Shown: positions 11,328 to 32,452 of the stretch, piece by piece
Layout: the number at the start of each line of letters is the position of its first letter
Position numbering within the stretch: the stretch's first letter is position 1
Source: Tubiluchus corallicola
Taxonomy: Eukaryota; Animalia; Priapulida
Assembly (NCBI GenBank): GCA_030141605.1
Contig: JAQGDQ010001505.1
Location: forward strand, 1-37,669
Length of the DNA: 37,669 nucleotides
Direction of reading: 5' to 3'
Made by a program: the position numbers and the translations under genes
Notes under the pieces: generated by a model
The model's input: the letters and a program-made list of their open reading frames with translations, nothing else
The model's database searches: none
What the model was told of the DNA's origin: nothing

Positions 11328-12250
11328 TTTTTATTTATTTATTTATTAAATATATCCACAACGCTCATTACAGCATTGCACATAAAACTATTTAATAACA
11401 TATTTATTATTATGTACAGAAGATGCCAAGCCGCAAATGACATGTGGGGTACTCAAGAAGTAACTACTTGTTTAGAGCACCTCAAATGAATGTGCACTGA
11501 GTGTAATAGAAAAGAGCAGTAAAGGAGTAGAAAGAAAGGTTAATAGAGAATAGAAAGAAGGAGAAAGATGTGATGGTATCTGTATGAAGTGACATAAACT
11601 ACAGAAATATAAAAATTGACATAGCCAGCAACACAGTGGTTTCCGACAGGGACAGCAGTGTAATTAATCAAATTGATATTCTGTATAATTAGAAAAGATT
11701 TCACTTTTAAAATTTCTTTTGAAGTTATTTATAGATAAAGAATTTTTTATGCATTCGTTGATGTTATTCCAAAGTCTAGGGCCAGTGTTAGTGATGAAGT
11801 GCCTTGCCGCGTCAGTCCTGCAATACTTAATACGAAATTCGTTAAATCTTGTTGAGTAAAGTCTTACATTAAGAGATAATGGGTTTAAAAAGAAAGCAGG
11901 GCGAAGTTTATGTTTGGTTTTGCAGATGTACACAGCGGTTCAGGTTTATTAGATCATTTAGCACTAGGATAGAATAATTCTTAAAAAGATCAAGACCTAC
12001 ATGTTCACGCTTGTTCAAATTAGCTATTAATCTTATAAATTTACGTTGTAAAGAGTTTAGTTTAACTAGAGTTGAAGGGTAGGTGTGCCCCCAAAGTATA
12101 TTACAGTAGGTTAAGTATGGCAGCACTAGACAATTATAAAGAGTGATTAGGTGTTCTTTTGTAAAACAATGTTTAACTCGACTGATTAACCCGATGTTTT
12201 TAGCAACTTTAGAACGAATCATGTTTAAGTGTGGTTTCCAATCTAGGTTT
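11328..12250 (-). mobile_element. 5'-truncated LINE (CR1/L2 group), ORF2 C-terminus, 3' UTR and (AATA)n tail
   Basis: NLDWKPHLNMIRSKVAKNIGLISRVK...LYNCLVLPYLTYCNILWG, then after a frameshift GPRLWNNI...SINNFKRNFK. The tail aataaataaataaa is at 11346-11328. Confidence 0.88.
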
Positions 12251-12473
12251 TACGAGTGTGTGACTAGTTTTTAATAAGTCTATGTTTTAGACTCGTCGAT
12301 GTTCAGAAAAAAGTTTAAGTCGGATCCATGTCGTCTTCAGTCATATTACATGTCATGTTACGGTAGATCCGATGTCAGTAACCATTATTAAAATTGAAAC
12401 AGTGTCAGATTTTTGATTACAGTAATCTTTGTGAAAATAATAATAATTTTAACGATAACAATCGTTTCGTGAT

Positions 12474-20236
<7,763 letters not shown>

Positions 20237-20541
20237 NNNNNNNNNNNNNNNNNNNNNNNNNNNNNNNNNNNNNNNNNNNNNNNNNNNNNNNNNNNNNNNN
20301 NNNNNNNNNNNNNNNNNNNNNNNNNNNNNNNNNNNNNNNNNNNNNNNNNNNNNNNNNNNNNNNNNNNNNNNNNNNNNNNNNNNNNNNNNNNNNNNNNNNN
20401 NNNNNNNNNNNNNNNNNNNNNNNNNNNNNNNNNNNNNNNNNNNNNNNNNNNNNNNNNNNNNNNNNNNNNNNNNNNNNNNNNNNNNNNNNNNNNNNNNNNN
20501 NNNNNNNNNNNNNNNNNNNNNNNNNNNNNNNNNNNNNNNNN
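20237..20541. other. Assembly gap (305 N)
   Basis: Run of N; it interrupts the GH16 signal-peptide exon. Confidence 1.
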
Positions 20542-20995
20542 TTATGGATGTAAACCTTGTTGAGGGTATAAAAAGTTCCACTGAGGTCGTAACTATATTT
20601 CGTATTTTGTGGCGAATATCACTTGTGAAATGCAGCAGATGTTTATCAAAAATGCAGATATCTAAGTGCGTAACATGTGCCAATATGTACACGCAAAGTA
20701 CACAACGAGACAGGTCACGGTGTATATAGGACCCTTTAAACTCTTGAATTTTGTTGTTGTTGTTGTTGAGAATGATTCTTTCGACACAGACTTCATCAAC
20801 TGTGCAAAAACACTGTAATAAAATTACAGGTAAAGCTATATGTAAGTTGAAATGAAGGTACACACAGTGTCTTAAAGGTAAAGACTTAAAATTCACGAAG
20901 CAGCTATAAAAACGCAATGAAGCTAATAAAAGGTTAAATTAGAAAATTATATATTTAAGTTGCTACAGTTAAAATTCATTCTAGTGTTCTCTCAC

Positions 20996-21180
20996 CTGTT
21001 AATCTTTATTTGTTCAACCGTCCAGTATTTCTTATACATTTTTCCGTATTTCGTTTAACGGATGATAACAGCCATTTTTGTGTATTGGTCCTGATTTATC
21101 CAACACACAGAGAATCAATATGAGTAAAAAGCGGCATTTCAGACGAGGCCCAGCTGTGTAAACCAGCATCACTTTATATA
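20996..21180 (-). promoter_or_regulatory. Candidate TATA box and non-coding first exon of the GH16 gene
   Basis: TATATAAAG at 21180-21172 and a consensus donor CAG|GTGAGA at 20996/20995, upstream of the gap holding the ATG exon. Motif evidence only; short upstream ATGs are present. Confidence 0.3.
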
Positions 21181-21339
21181 AAATATTGGCCAAAAAAGAT
21201 GATTCCGCTTGTTTCTTGTACATGAGCACCTGGTCGTGACAACTTCTTCCTGTCAAACACAAAAGACCTTCTTGCACAAATTAAAAATATTGTTCGCTTC
21301 TTCTAAACCACAAATTCGATATGTAACATACTTAGAAAA

Positions 21340-22588
21340 TCTAATGTTATTGAATAAGAAATTCAATTTTGTAGTGTTGATAATAAACGATAATAATATT
21401 TTTGATGTGTGTTGACCAGTTAAGGGTGTCATCTGTGTAGATTTCCAGATATTTTATGTCTGATACTTGTTCAAATAAACAGTCTTGCATGGATACTGTT
21501 ATAGTGGAGTTTTCATTGTTTTCAAATTTGTTTCTTATGATCATAAATTTTGTTTTATTATAGTTTACTGTTAACTTATTTGTACGCATCCATGTGTTAA
21601 TTTTGATCAGCTCTTCATCATTACTTCTAAGCTCAAGATTTTGCGTGTCGTTGTCTGCCAAGAAGAGGTTAGTGTCATCAGCAAAAAGTCGTGTTTGCAT
21701 GTTAGTATAAAGGGGAAGGTCTTTATATATATCAGGAAAAGAAGTGGACCCAAGGTGGATCCTTGAGGTACACCACATTGTATTGAGCATAGGTCGGAGG
21801 CAAAATTGTCAACTACCATAAATTGGTGTCTGTTCGTAAAAATATGACTGGAATAGTTTTTGCGCGATTCCATGGATACCATAATAGTCCATTTTGTTTA
21901 GTTAAACTGTCATGTTGAACGATGTCAAATGCTTTTGTTAAATCAAGAAAGATGCCGCAGGTAAGCAATTTATTGTCTAGGTTTGTCAGCAAATTGTCTA
22001 TGATTTCAGCAGTTGCTAATATTGTGGAATGATTTTTGCGGAAACCGAATTGAAAACACGATATTGTATCATTTTTGATTAAATATGTCATCAGGCGTTT
22101 ATATAAGATTGACTCAAAAATTTTGGCAATGGGTGATATGAGTAAGATGGGTCGGTAGTTGTTCAGCTCATTTGGATAATCTTTTTTTATATATGGGGAT
22201 TACTTTTGCCAGTTTTAAAGTGTCGGGGAATGTCCCAGTCAGAATTGATGCATTAAACTGATTAGTAAGCGGAGTTAAAATTATGTTTTTTGACATTTTG
22301 AAATATGTAATTGGTATATCATAAGGGCCTTTTTGCTTTATTGGGATCTAGTCTATCAATAACTAGGGAAATCTCGATTTCGCTAACTGGCGTGATATAG
22401 AAAGAATTTTCTTGGGGATGCATTTAATAGTCTGTATACTTACAGTTTTCGGGTTTTGTTATGCGTGATGCCAGTGATATACCAATGTTTGCAAAAAAAA
22501 CAGTAAAAGCATTAGCTTTATGGTGCGGGTCACACGAAGTTGTGCCTTGATAACAAACTTTAGTTGGCATTATACTAGTCGTCTTTTT
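21340..22588 (-). mobile_element. Decayed LINE reverse transcriptase (CR1/L2 group), frameshifted
   Basis: ANAF..FFANIG, FPDTLKLAKVIP, NYRPI, QFGFRKNHST, GIFLDLTKAFDIV, GVPQGSTLGPLLFLIYI, LFADDT, KLTVNYNKTKFM across several frames. Confidence 0.93.
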
Positions 22589-22590
22589 TA

Positions 22591-22887
22591 TAGCCAAATC
22601 ACATTGAAAACATCGGTTCTCGTCTGATCGGTAAGTTAGGTAACGTAGAGCCGGTTAGTGCTTGGATAGGTGACCGCCTAGGAATACCAGGTGCAGGATG
22701 CCCACACTGTATGTGTAGAGGAGTAAACCTTCCAAATCAGGAGTGGAGCCCCGAAGGCGGACCAGTGCAGCATGCTCACTGACTCCGGCAGATCCTGCAG
22801 CCAACCTTGTGCCAGACGTATCGCTCCGCTTTCCTTTGGACTACACCAGTGAGGAAGAGAGAGAGAGAGAGAGAGAGAGAAGGGGAG

Positions 22888-22943
<56 letters not shown>

Positions 22944-22945
22944 GC

Positions 22946-23042
<97 letters not shown>

Positions 23043-23045
23043 AGG

Positions 23046-23077
<32 letters not shown>
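22591..23077 (+). mobile_element. 5S rRNA-derived SINE (SINE3-type): 5S head, about 150 bp GC-rich body, (GA)n tail
   Basis: 22591-22695 is 5S-like (cggttctcgtctgatc...agttaggtaacgtagagccggttagtgcttggataggtgaccgcctaggaataccaggtg). A unique body runs to about 22852, then an imperfect (GA)n tract. Confidence 0.8.
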
Positions 23078-23453
23078 TTGCCTGAAAATTCGTGATGTTT
23101 ATTCGTGAAGCTTTTATCGATGATGGTTTTTATTAGTAGCAGTGGATTTAGCTTAACTTAGTGGACTTAACTTTGGTCATTTTTTGTAATAATTTATTAG
23201 AAAAAATAACTCTTTTATAATTGCAGACATCATGGAACCCAAGTACTGCACACAGTTCCCATGTCTGATATTTGAAGATAACTTTGAGGATTTGGACACA
23301 GCAACGTGGGAACATGAAATCACTATGGCTGGAGGAGGGGTAAGAGTTCAAAATGGATATAACATGCATATTTGAAGCAAGATTACAGTTGTTATTATTT
23401 GCATGAGCCTAAATTCTATATGCTGTTGTAAACACAACTGTAATGCCTAAGAA
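23078..23453 (+). pseudogene. Inverted duplicate of GH16 exon 19487-19599 with intron flanks (exon copy 23227-23339)
   Basis: Reverse complement of 19373-19746 with about a dozen differences by eye. Both splice sites are intact. The exon has one synonymous change and one E>A change. No other GH16 exons were found on the plus strand. Confidence 0.9.
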
Positions 23454-23744
23454 GGATTATGACTGAATGGGACATGAAAATGGGATTATAACTGTGAGAT
23501 GAGGTGAAAACGCTAAGGAATAAAATGATTGTGGCTTCATTATAGACGAATGTTCGTCAGACACTGGATTTAAGATGACTTTGAATTGCTCGTAATTGCA
23601 GATTGAGTGTCAGTAAACTCGGCACGAATGGAAGTTTGGGAAAACAAAGGCGTACAGATGATGATATCATATAAGGAGAAGACGCCAAGTGCAAGTGATC
23701 TCTCTTTTATCTGAATGCTGAGAATCAGCGAGTGAATCGATTAC

Positions 23745-24470
<726 letters not shown>

Positions 24471-24756
24471 CTATATACAGTTTTCTAGCCGATAGTAACA
24501 GGATATACAGACGCTCGAACACTTAGTATTTGACTGTACTAATGCAAAACGTTTTACCTTCACTAAATTAAGATATAAATTTCGCGATGTATCTTACATG
24601 TACAGTCTTCATTGACATGTATATATGCGTGTGGGTTTACATGTATGTTGAGCTTTACTATGTAGTGTACTTTTTTGTATGGTATTAGTGCGCTCTTACC
24701 CTGCATATGGAGGGTTTTGCATCATTTGTTTTTTTAAAATAAACAAGATTTAATAT

Positions 24757-24779
24757 ATCTATCTCTATCTCTATCTCTA

Positions 24780-24837
<58 letters not shown>
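24757..24837. repeat. (TATCTC)n/(TC)n microsatellite
   Basis: Direct. Confidence 0.95.
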
Positions 24838-24840
<3 letters not shown>

Positions 24841-25322
24841 TGCTGCCTCCCCACCTCTTTCTTTTTTTCTCCACTCTCTTCTCTATTATTTTCCATAACT
24901 TTCACCCTCTCCTCTCTCACCCACGCATTTTCTCAGTCACGCCCTCTCCCTTTCTTGATAGGATGGAGAGAAACAGAGAAAGCAAGGGGGAGAGGAAGCG
25001 AGAGAGAGAACGAAAGAGAAAGAGACAGTACTGACAATAAGAAATTATTGAAGCAGGCAGGAGGAAAGCTTGTGATTGTTATCATGCCTTTTAAAATCGC
25101 ATCGAGTAGTTCCATGTTCAAGCATTTGGTTTTATTAGCACCAAGTGGACCATTTCTTGCCCAGCTAACATTTCCTCATTCTTACAAGCGTTCTAAATAC
25201 GGTAGACGTGAAGAGCCCTCGAGCCATAGTCGTGCTTAAAGTTAGAGAGCTCTCCAAAGAAACGTGCAAATTTCAAAACAAACTGTCCGCATTTATTACC
25301 GCAACAGGGTCTTTTAGCAAGG

Positions 25323-26037
25323 ATAATTACCGTCTCACCGTTTTAATCTTTACTGTAACATAAATATCTGCGCACAAACACAAATGGAAAATGCGAAAAT
25401 ATCTTTGCCAAAGTTTGGAAATCAATGCAAAATTTATACAGAAATCGGTAACAACACGTTAAACCGGACTAATTGGGGTGGGGGGTGATCCGGTTTAGCC
25501 GATTGTCCGATTTATCCGATATGCCTATATATGGTCTATATTATACAGGAACAATCACCTTAATAAGGCCTATATACAATGCACTATATACTATACTGTA
25601 TATTACTTTAAAATAGTTAACCTGTGAGGATAAAGAAATTATTGTACAGTTGGTAGGCCGTGTTGTGTTTAGTGCGCAGGCTCGGGCGGAAATCGGTCAG
25701 TTTCCTTTACCACGGATGACGTCCGTCTTATCCGATATCCGGGCTAACGGGGTCCGGTTTAACGAGGGTCGACAGTACTGAATTAATATAAAATGAATAT
25801 AATGTATATTTTATTAGCAGAATAAAAATGTTTCCAAAATGGCCGCATAAAATAACAAACCAATTCAAGCATGTCAGGAAAGATTTGTTTTTGTTTAAAC
25901 ATAATTAACCTTTCACTTAGCCTATATATTTGCATTGATTTCCAAACATTGGCAAAGATATGTTTGTATTTTCCATTTGTGTTTGTGCGCAGATATGTAT
26001 GTTGCAGTAAAGATTAGAACGGTGAGACGGTAATTAT
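25323..26037. mobile_element. Fold-back element with inverted arms of about 115 bp (25323-25438 and 25923-26037)
   Basis: ataattaccgtctcaccgtt...tctgcgcacaaacacaaatggaaaat...ggaaatcaatgcaaa is mirrored on the right arm at roughly 90% identity. Confidence 0.8.
25436..25777. mobile_element. pogo/Tc1-like MITE nested in the fold-back element
   Basis: Left ...cgttaaaccggac and right gtccggtttaacgagggtcgacagta, with repeated subterminal ttatccgata/tccgg motifs. Confidence 0.55.
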
Positions 26038-26186
26038 AATTATATAATTACTATTATAATATTATTATATAATTATCACCTTCTTGCCCCAAATTTAGAG
26101 GATTTCTATATGATTAAAAGAATTCCTCTAAATTTGTGGCAAAAAGGTGATAATAATATTATAATAGTAATTATATAATTATAATA
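26033..26186. repeat. AT-rich near-perfect hairpin of about 150 bp
   Basis: Arms 26033-26102 and 26123-26186 are reverse complements (two mismatches and one 8-nt indel) around a loop of about 20 nt. Confidence 0.85.
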
Positions 26187-26216
26187 GTAAAACGCCTTCA
26201 GTTAGTAATTCTCTCT

Positions 26217-28010
26217 CACAGCTGGAATGGGTCCCGGGTCATAGGGCATTGTTTTTAGGGGGCGGGTCCAGTTCATGACTCAAAAATAGTCCACTTGACT
26301 CCTCGAGTGTGGATGTGACAGATTTCTGGTTTGTTTATAAGCAATTTCTGTTAAAAAAGTTTGTTAATATTCTTCTTGACTAAGATTGCGGTTTGCTGTT
26401 TTCAAAATTAAATCTCAAAAGTTTTATAGGAATTTGTGAGGCAATTTATTAATGTAGTAAGAAATTTTAACGTTACAGGTACTGAGTAGTTGATGCTGAC
26501 AAGGTGTTGTTTCTATCCTTGTGCTGCAAAAGTCGAAATGTAGAAAATCATAAAAATGTTGAACTATCTAAGAGTGCATTAGTACATGGTGTATCATTGC
26601 TTCACAAATGTTTACGAAAACGTTTGAATTTACGACAATCTTTACGAAAACGTTTGAATTTACGATAATCTTTACGAAAACGTTTGAATTTACGATAATC
26701 TTTACGAAAACGTTTGAATTTACGATGATCTTTACGAAATCGTTTGAATTTACGATAATCTTTACTAAAACGTTTGAATTTACGACAATCTTTACTAAAA
26801 CGTTTGAATTTACGATAATCTTTACGAAAACGCTTGAATTTACGATAATCTTTACGAAAACGTTTGAATTTACGATGATCTTTACGAAAACGTTTGAATT
26901 TACGATGATCTTTACGAAAACGTTTGAATTTACGATAATCTTTACGAAAACGTTTGAATTTACGATAATCTTTACGAAAACGTTTGAATTTACGATAATC
27001 TTTACGAAAACGTTTGAATTTACGATGACTTTTACGAAAACGTTTGAATTTACGATAATCTTTACGAAAACGTTTGAATTTACGATAATCTTTACGAAAA
27101 CGTTTGAATTTACGATAATCTTTACGAAAACGTTTGAATTTACGATAATCTTTACGAAATCGTTTGAATTTACGATAATCTTTACGAAAACGTTTGAATT
27201 TATGACAATCTTTACGAAAACGTTTGCATTTATGATATTCTTTACGAAAACGTTTGAATTTACGATAATCTTTACGAAAACGTTTGAATTTACGATAATC
27301 TTTACGAAAACGTTTGAATTTACGATTATCTTTACGAAAACGTTTGAATTTACGATAATCTTTACGAAAACGTTTGAATTTACGATAATCTTTACGAAAA
27401 CGTTTGAATTTACGATCATCTTTACGAAAACGTTTGAATTTATGACAATCTTTACGAAAACGTTTGCATTTATGATATTCTTTACGAAAACGTTTGAATT
27501 TACGATAATCTTTACGAAAACGTTTGAATTTACGATAATCTTTACGAAAACGTTTGAATTTACGATGATCTTTACGAAAACGTTTGAATTTACGATAATC
27601 TTTACGAAAACGTTTGAATTTACGATAATCTTTACGAAAACGTTTGAATTTACGATAATCTTTACGAAAACGTTTGAATTTACGATAATCTTTACGAAAA
27701 CGTTTGAATTTACGATAATCTTTACGAAAACGTTTGTATTAACGATAATCTTTACGAAAACGTTTGAATTTACGATAATCTTTACGAAAACGTTTGAATT
27801 TACGATAATCTTTACGAAAACGTTTGAATTTACGATAATCTTTACGAAAACGTTTAAATTTACGATAATCTTTACGAAAACGTTTGAATTTTATTTAAAA
27901 AATGAATAGCGAAAGATCAAGTGTTGCTAGTGGGTGTTGGCCAACATAGGTCACGCCGTTTGTGGGTCCGCATGTCGTGATGGTCAAATATTGACCCATT
28001 TCCCGACCCT
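26217..28010. mobile_element. Possible hAT-like non-autonomous element carrying the 30-bp array
   Basis: Left CAGCTGGAATGGGTC and right GACCCATTTCCCGACCCT are imperfect inverted termini, with clustered GGGTC motifs near both ends. Confidence 0.4.
26611..27891. repeat. 30-bp minisatellite, about 43 copies (TTTACGAAAACGTTTGAATTTACGATAATC)
   Basis: Directly visible and highly homogeneous. Confidence 0.98.
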
Positions 28011-28658
28011 TTATTAATTCACCACGAGCCAGTAATTCGATATACAGAAAGGTGAAAAAGTGAGAATGAAAAAGAAGTTTTTCTGATTAACAGCGGAACA
28101 TTATTACGTATCACCGCCACAGTAGTGTTGTATATTTAGAGGGTTTTATAAGCCACCCAATTATACACACAGCTAATGATGCTTAACTATGATAAACCAT
28201 CTACGCTAATAAACTGCGAACACTTAAAAAAATACAGACGTGAGTATTCCTGCGAGATCAGGTGCACTGACAAAAGATGCTTGTTTGAGTGCACTTACAT
28301 GGCTTGCAGAGAAGCCTCGTAAAAGTGCTCTTACGTGACTTACTTGGCTTTGCCAAATTTAGTTACTTTACTGACACGTGACACGTGCTCACTTACGTGT
28401 TGTGGCGAAGAACTTGAAAGCACATCAGCCATGGGATTCGTTAATTTGAAAGACAGTTTATGAAGTTAAAATTTAATGTTTTTTGAGCGAAATCACTATT
28501 AATGGACGACAATTAATGAAAGGTATATCGATTTAAAAATTCTGTACACCAGCTTATACAAAACTAGACTTTCGAAGACTAAAATATCTCCAATTTTACA
28601 ATTATCCGCTTGTAATTTGTGGAACTAACCGAAGCACATGACCATATCATGTAACACA

Positions 28659-28899
28659 TATGTTAAAGTTACATAACTAGACGTATAACATGACATCATC
28701 ATTGATATGGCATAGCATGATGTGACGTGACGTAATGTAAGATATGTTAAAGTTACATAACTAGACGTATAACATGACATCATCATTGATATGGCATAGC
28801 ATGACGTGACGTGACGTAATGTAAGATATGTTAAAGTTACATAACTAGACGTATAACATGACATCATCATTGATATGGCATGACATGACGTGACGTGAC
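28659..28899. repeat. 84-bp tandem repeat, about 2.9 copies
   Basis: tatgttaaagttacataactagacg... recurs at 84-bp spacing. Confidence 0.95.
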
Positions 28900-28958
28900 A
28901 TTTCGTTACTTATTTCTACAACTTGTTTTAATTTATTTACATGTTACTTATAATTATT

Positions 28959-29695
28959 AATAGTCACAGAGATCGTCATAGATAAATAATAATAATAGTC
29001 ATAGAGATCGTCATAGATAAATAATAATAATAGTCATAGAGATCGTCATAGATAAATAATAATAATAATAGTCACAGAGATCGTCATAGATAAATAATAA
29101 TAATAGTCACAGAGATCGTCATAGATAAATAATAATAATAGTCACAGAGATCGTCATAGATAAATAATAATAATAATAGTCACAGAGATCGTCATAGATA
29201 AATAATAATAATAGTCACAGAGATAGTCATAGTAAATAATAATAATAGTCACAGAGATAGTCATAGTAAATAATAATAATAGTCATAGAGATCGTCATAG
29301 ATAAATAATAATAATAGTCATAGAGATCGTCATAGATAAATAATAATAATAATAGTCACAGAGATCGTCATAGATAAATAATAATAATAGTCACAGAGAT
29401 CGTCATAGTAAATAATAATAATAGTCATAGAGATCGTCATAGATAAATAATAATAATAGTCACAGATATCGTCATAGATAAATAACAATAATAGTCACAG
29501 ATATCGTCATAGATAAATAATAATAATAATAGTCACAGAGATCGTCATAGATAAATAATAATAATAGTCACAGAGATCGTCATAGATAAATAATAATAAT
29601 AGTCACAGATATCGTCATAGATAAATAATAATAATAATAGTCACAGAGATCGTCATAGGTAAAAAATAATAATAGTCATAGAGATCGTAATAGAC
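28959..29695. repeat. About 35-bp minisatellite, about 21 copies (AATAGTCACAGAGATCGTCATAGATAAATAATAAT), variable AAT number
   Basis: Directly visible; unit length 34-38 bp. Confidence 0.97.
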
Positions 29696-30209
29696 ATAGA
29701 TAAATTTGCAGCAGCAGATTTGACCAAGAAATCATTTGCCTCGAAAACTTGTCACTGTCTTGATGTGACCTGAAATCTACTCTAAACGTTCATTAAGCAA
29801 AGTCTGTTACAAAGTTTACGTATCTCTCCAGGTGAGACATCTGTGAAGGTCGAGATTCCATCACCTGTTTCGCTAACGTGTTTGCGATGATTTTCACCGA
29901 CAGGTGGCGTTTACTTTGCACTCATCAATCAAAATTAAATCGTTATATTTTCATTTCTCGAACTACGGACCTCTTTTAGGGTGAATATCCTTACATCTTG
30001 CTTCGCCTATGTACTTAAAACACGTGAGAACCCTTTACTTACAAAGATCGGAAAAATTCGTTCGGGCGGTTTATGCGGTCGCACCATGGTTGGCACCCAG
30101 AAAATTTTTGAACTGCTAGAACGCCGGAGAAGCATTTTCGAAGAGAAAATATGGAGTTATACAGTTGTTAAAGGAAAGAACAATTGAAAGAAAAACTGCT
30201 TTATTCTCA

Positions 30210-30211
<2 letters not shown>

Positions 30212-30301
<90 letters not shown>
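30212..30301. repeat. (GA)n microsatellite
   Basis: Direct. Confidence 0.97.
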
Positions 30302-30303
<2 letters not shown>

Positions 30304-30879
30304 ACTCCCCACTCCCCCCCTTGAAATAGGCCCTGTGGAGAATTAATGTCAATTGGAAATTTCATTTACGACAGTATGCATAGATTTTTGAATTAAATAG
30401 TATAGCTTTGTTAGCGGACATATAACCGCATCACTGTGATTATCATATAGGTAAAATATTTGTTTATCACATGTGTACAAATGCTTAGTAAATAGTTTTT
30501 TTCGCTTCATGGAGTTTACAACTAAATTTTGTATATCTGTGTGTATACCTTGTGCAGCTAAGTTTGAGTCAAATTGTTAGTATGATCTGGAAATCATTAC
30601 CCGAGCTCTGCCCGCTGATAAAACCATCGGGTATGCGTCGAGTTTGTAATTCTCATGTTGGAAATTTGATTTTCAGAAATAAAATATCTATCTATCTATC
30701 TATCTATATATTGTCTTATTGCTTCAAAAGCTTGCGTTAGCAGTAACGTTGTACAAAACTTGGTAAATTTAAACTCCAGCAACAGTTAGGCTCAACCACT
30801 CTGACGGTAAGTCGGTTGAAGAACGTTTACCTAACATTGCGTGGCGCTTGAAAGAATAATCAGAACATTCGTAGCGCGC

Positions 30880-31105
30880 TGTTTGCTAACTAAACAAAAG
30901 TTTAAATCACTCCATATTATCAGTAAGATTAATAATGTGTTTTTTGGTGAATCGGTGGTGCACTCTGGGATGGTGATGCAGTATCCATTTATGCGAACGC
31001 TTTTAAGGTATCTCTTCTAGTTACACAAGTTTTTCAAGCAGGAAATCGTAATGCTAAGTAATTATAACTTTGTGTGGACATTTTTTGAGAAACACTCTTC
31101 CCCTT
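30880..31105 (-). mobile_element. Partial copy of the same MITE family
   Basis: atattatcagtaagatt...aatgtgttttttggtga...gatggtgatgcagt matches 2443-2515. Ends tcttcccctt. Confidence 0.55.
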
Positions 31106-31916
31106 GATGCAATGCGTTTATACTGCATGTGCAGTTTATTTGGGTGGAACATATTTTGACAGTACTCACGCTGAGCTACGCGGAAGTGAATTTTAGCGCA
31201 ACGTACGCTAATTCACCCTTACTATTTATTTTATGGCCAAATTAAGTCACAAACGACATAAGCGGCAGTAAAATTTATAATGCAGACTCTAATAAGCTAT
31301 ACAAATTTATGTACAATAAGTAATAACCCACCAAATCTGCTGATAGGAACTGTACAACAAACCCAATACATGTATAATTCATTTTGTTGGTATTTGGGTT
31401 TATACAAATGTACGCAAAATATATTTACGTGCTGTAAATAAATTCGACTGGTGCTTTTATTACTGCACGAAATGTGAACATTCATATAACAAACGAATCG
31501 CAAGACAAACTGTAAATCCTAAAGCCCCTTTCACATAATGTGACAGAACGGGAAATTAGTGCCGAATCACATATACATACACATATGCATGCAACATACA
31601 CGCATAGGTACATACATGCATATACACGTACATACATACATACGTACGTACATATACGTACATGCATGTACATGCATATAAATATACACATACAGAGCGC
31701 TATAGAAAAACAGCACAGTAAAAATACGCTGATATATTTATATTAGAATATAAAATACAAAGATATGTAGGAAGGGAAATTGGAAACATGCGAATATAAT
31801 AAGAATTTTAAGTCATTATGACATCACAATGTGGCAGTCTTTATATTGGCTTTGATCAGCACAATCATTTCTACCGTACAATTTATTTTGGAACAGCCTG
31901 TACTTGTACCTACAAT

Positions 31917-32452
31917 TTAAAGAGGACGAAGGGGCAATTTTACATTACGTTCCAAAAAACTTGCCATACAGAGTCATATTACTTAACATTACGATTTTCT
32001 GCTTGAAAGACTTTACGTGACTAGAAAAGAAATTCTTAGTTATTTAAGATGTTCGTGTTAACAGGAAAAACGTCACCGTATCACCTTCCCAGAGTGCATC
32101 ACGGGTTCACTAAAAACATATTTTTAATGTTATTAGGAAGATAGACTTTTCCCTTGTTAGCAAAATGTGTGCTACGAACGTTCTGATGATTTTTTCAAAC
32201 TCTTGCGCAATGTTATCTCAACTCGTTTCAAATGCCTGACTCTTAAAATGGCAGTGCCTAACAGTCATGGCGAGAGTTTAAATTTACAAGCTGCTAGCGC
32301 AAGCTCCGTATGCAATAAGGCAGTACATAGGTGAGAAAAAATATCAAAAAGAATTTTCAAGCTCCGTATGCAATAAGGCAGTACATACGTGATACAAAAT
32401 ATCAAGACGAATTTTTATCTTTATACAAGTAAAGCGTTTACTTGTCCTTTAA
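31917..32452 (+). mobile_element. Second copy of the same MITE family, with an internal tandem duplication (about 32300-32420)
   Basis: Shares ccaaaaaactt...ctgcttgaaagactt...actagaaaa, gtgctacgaa..ttctga and aaaatggc with 35630-36050. Ends CTTGTCCT|TTAA. Confidence 0.65.

Noticed and set aside
26219-26231. cagctggaatggg resembles GH16 exon 14996-14925 (caggctggaatggg)
   Set aside because: Short match with no continuing frame; better explained as a transposon terminus.
26568-27909. 433-aa and 283-aa ORFs on opposite strands (FTKTFEFTII / IVNSNVFVKI repeats)
   Set aside because: They arise because the 30-bp unit is a multiple of three and lacks stops in those frames. There is no unique domain and no splice context.
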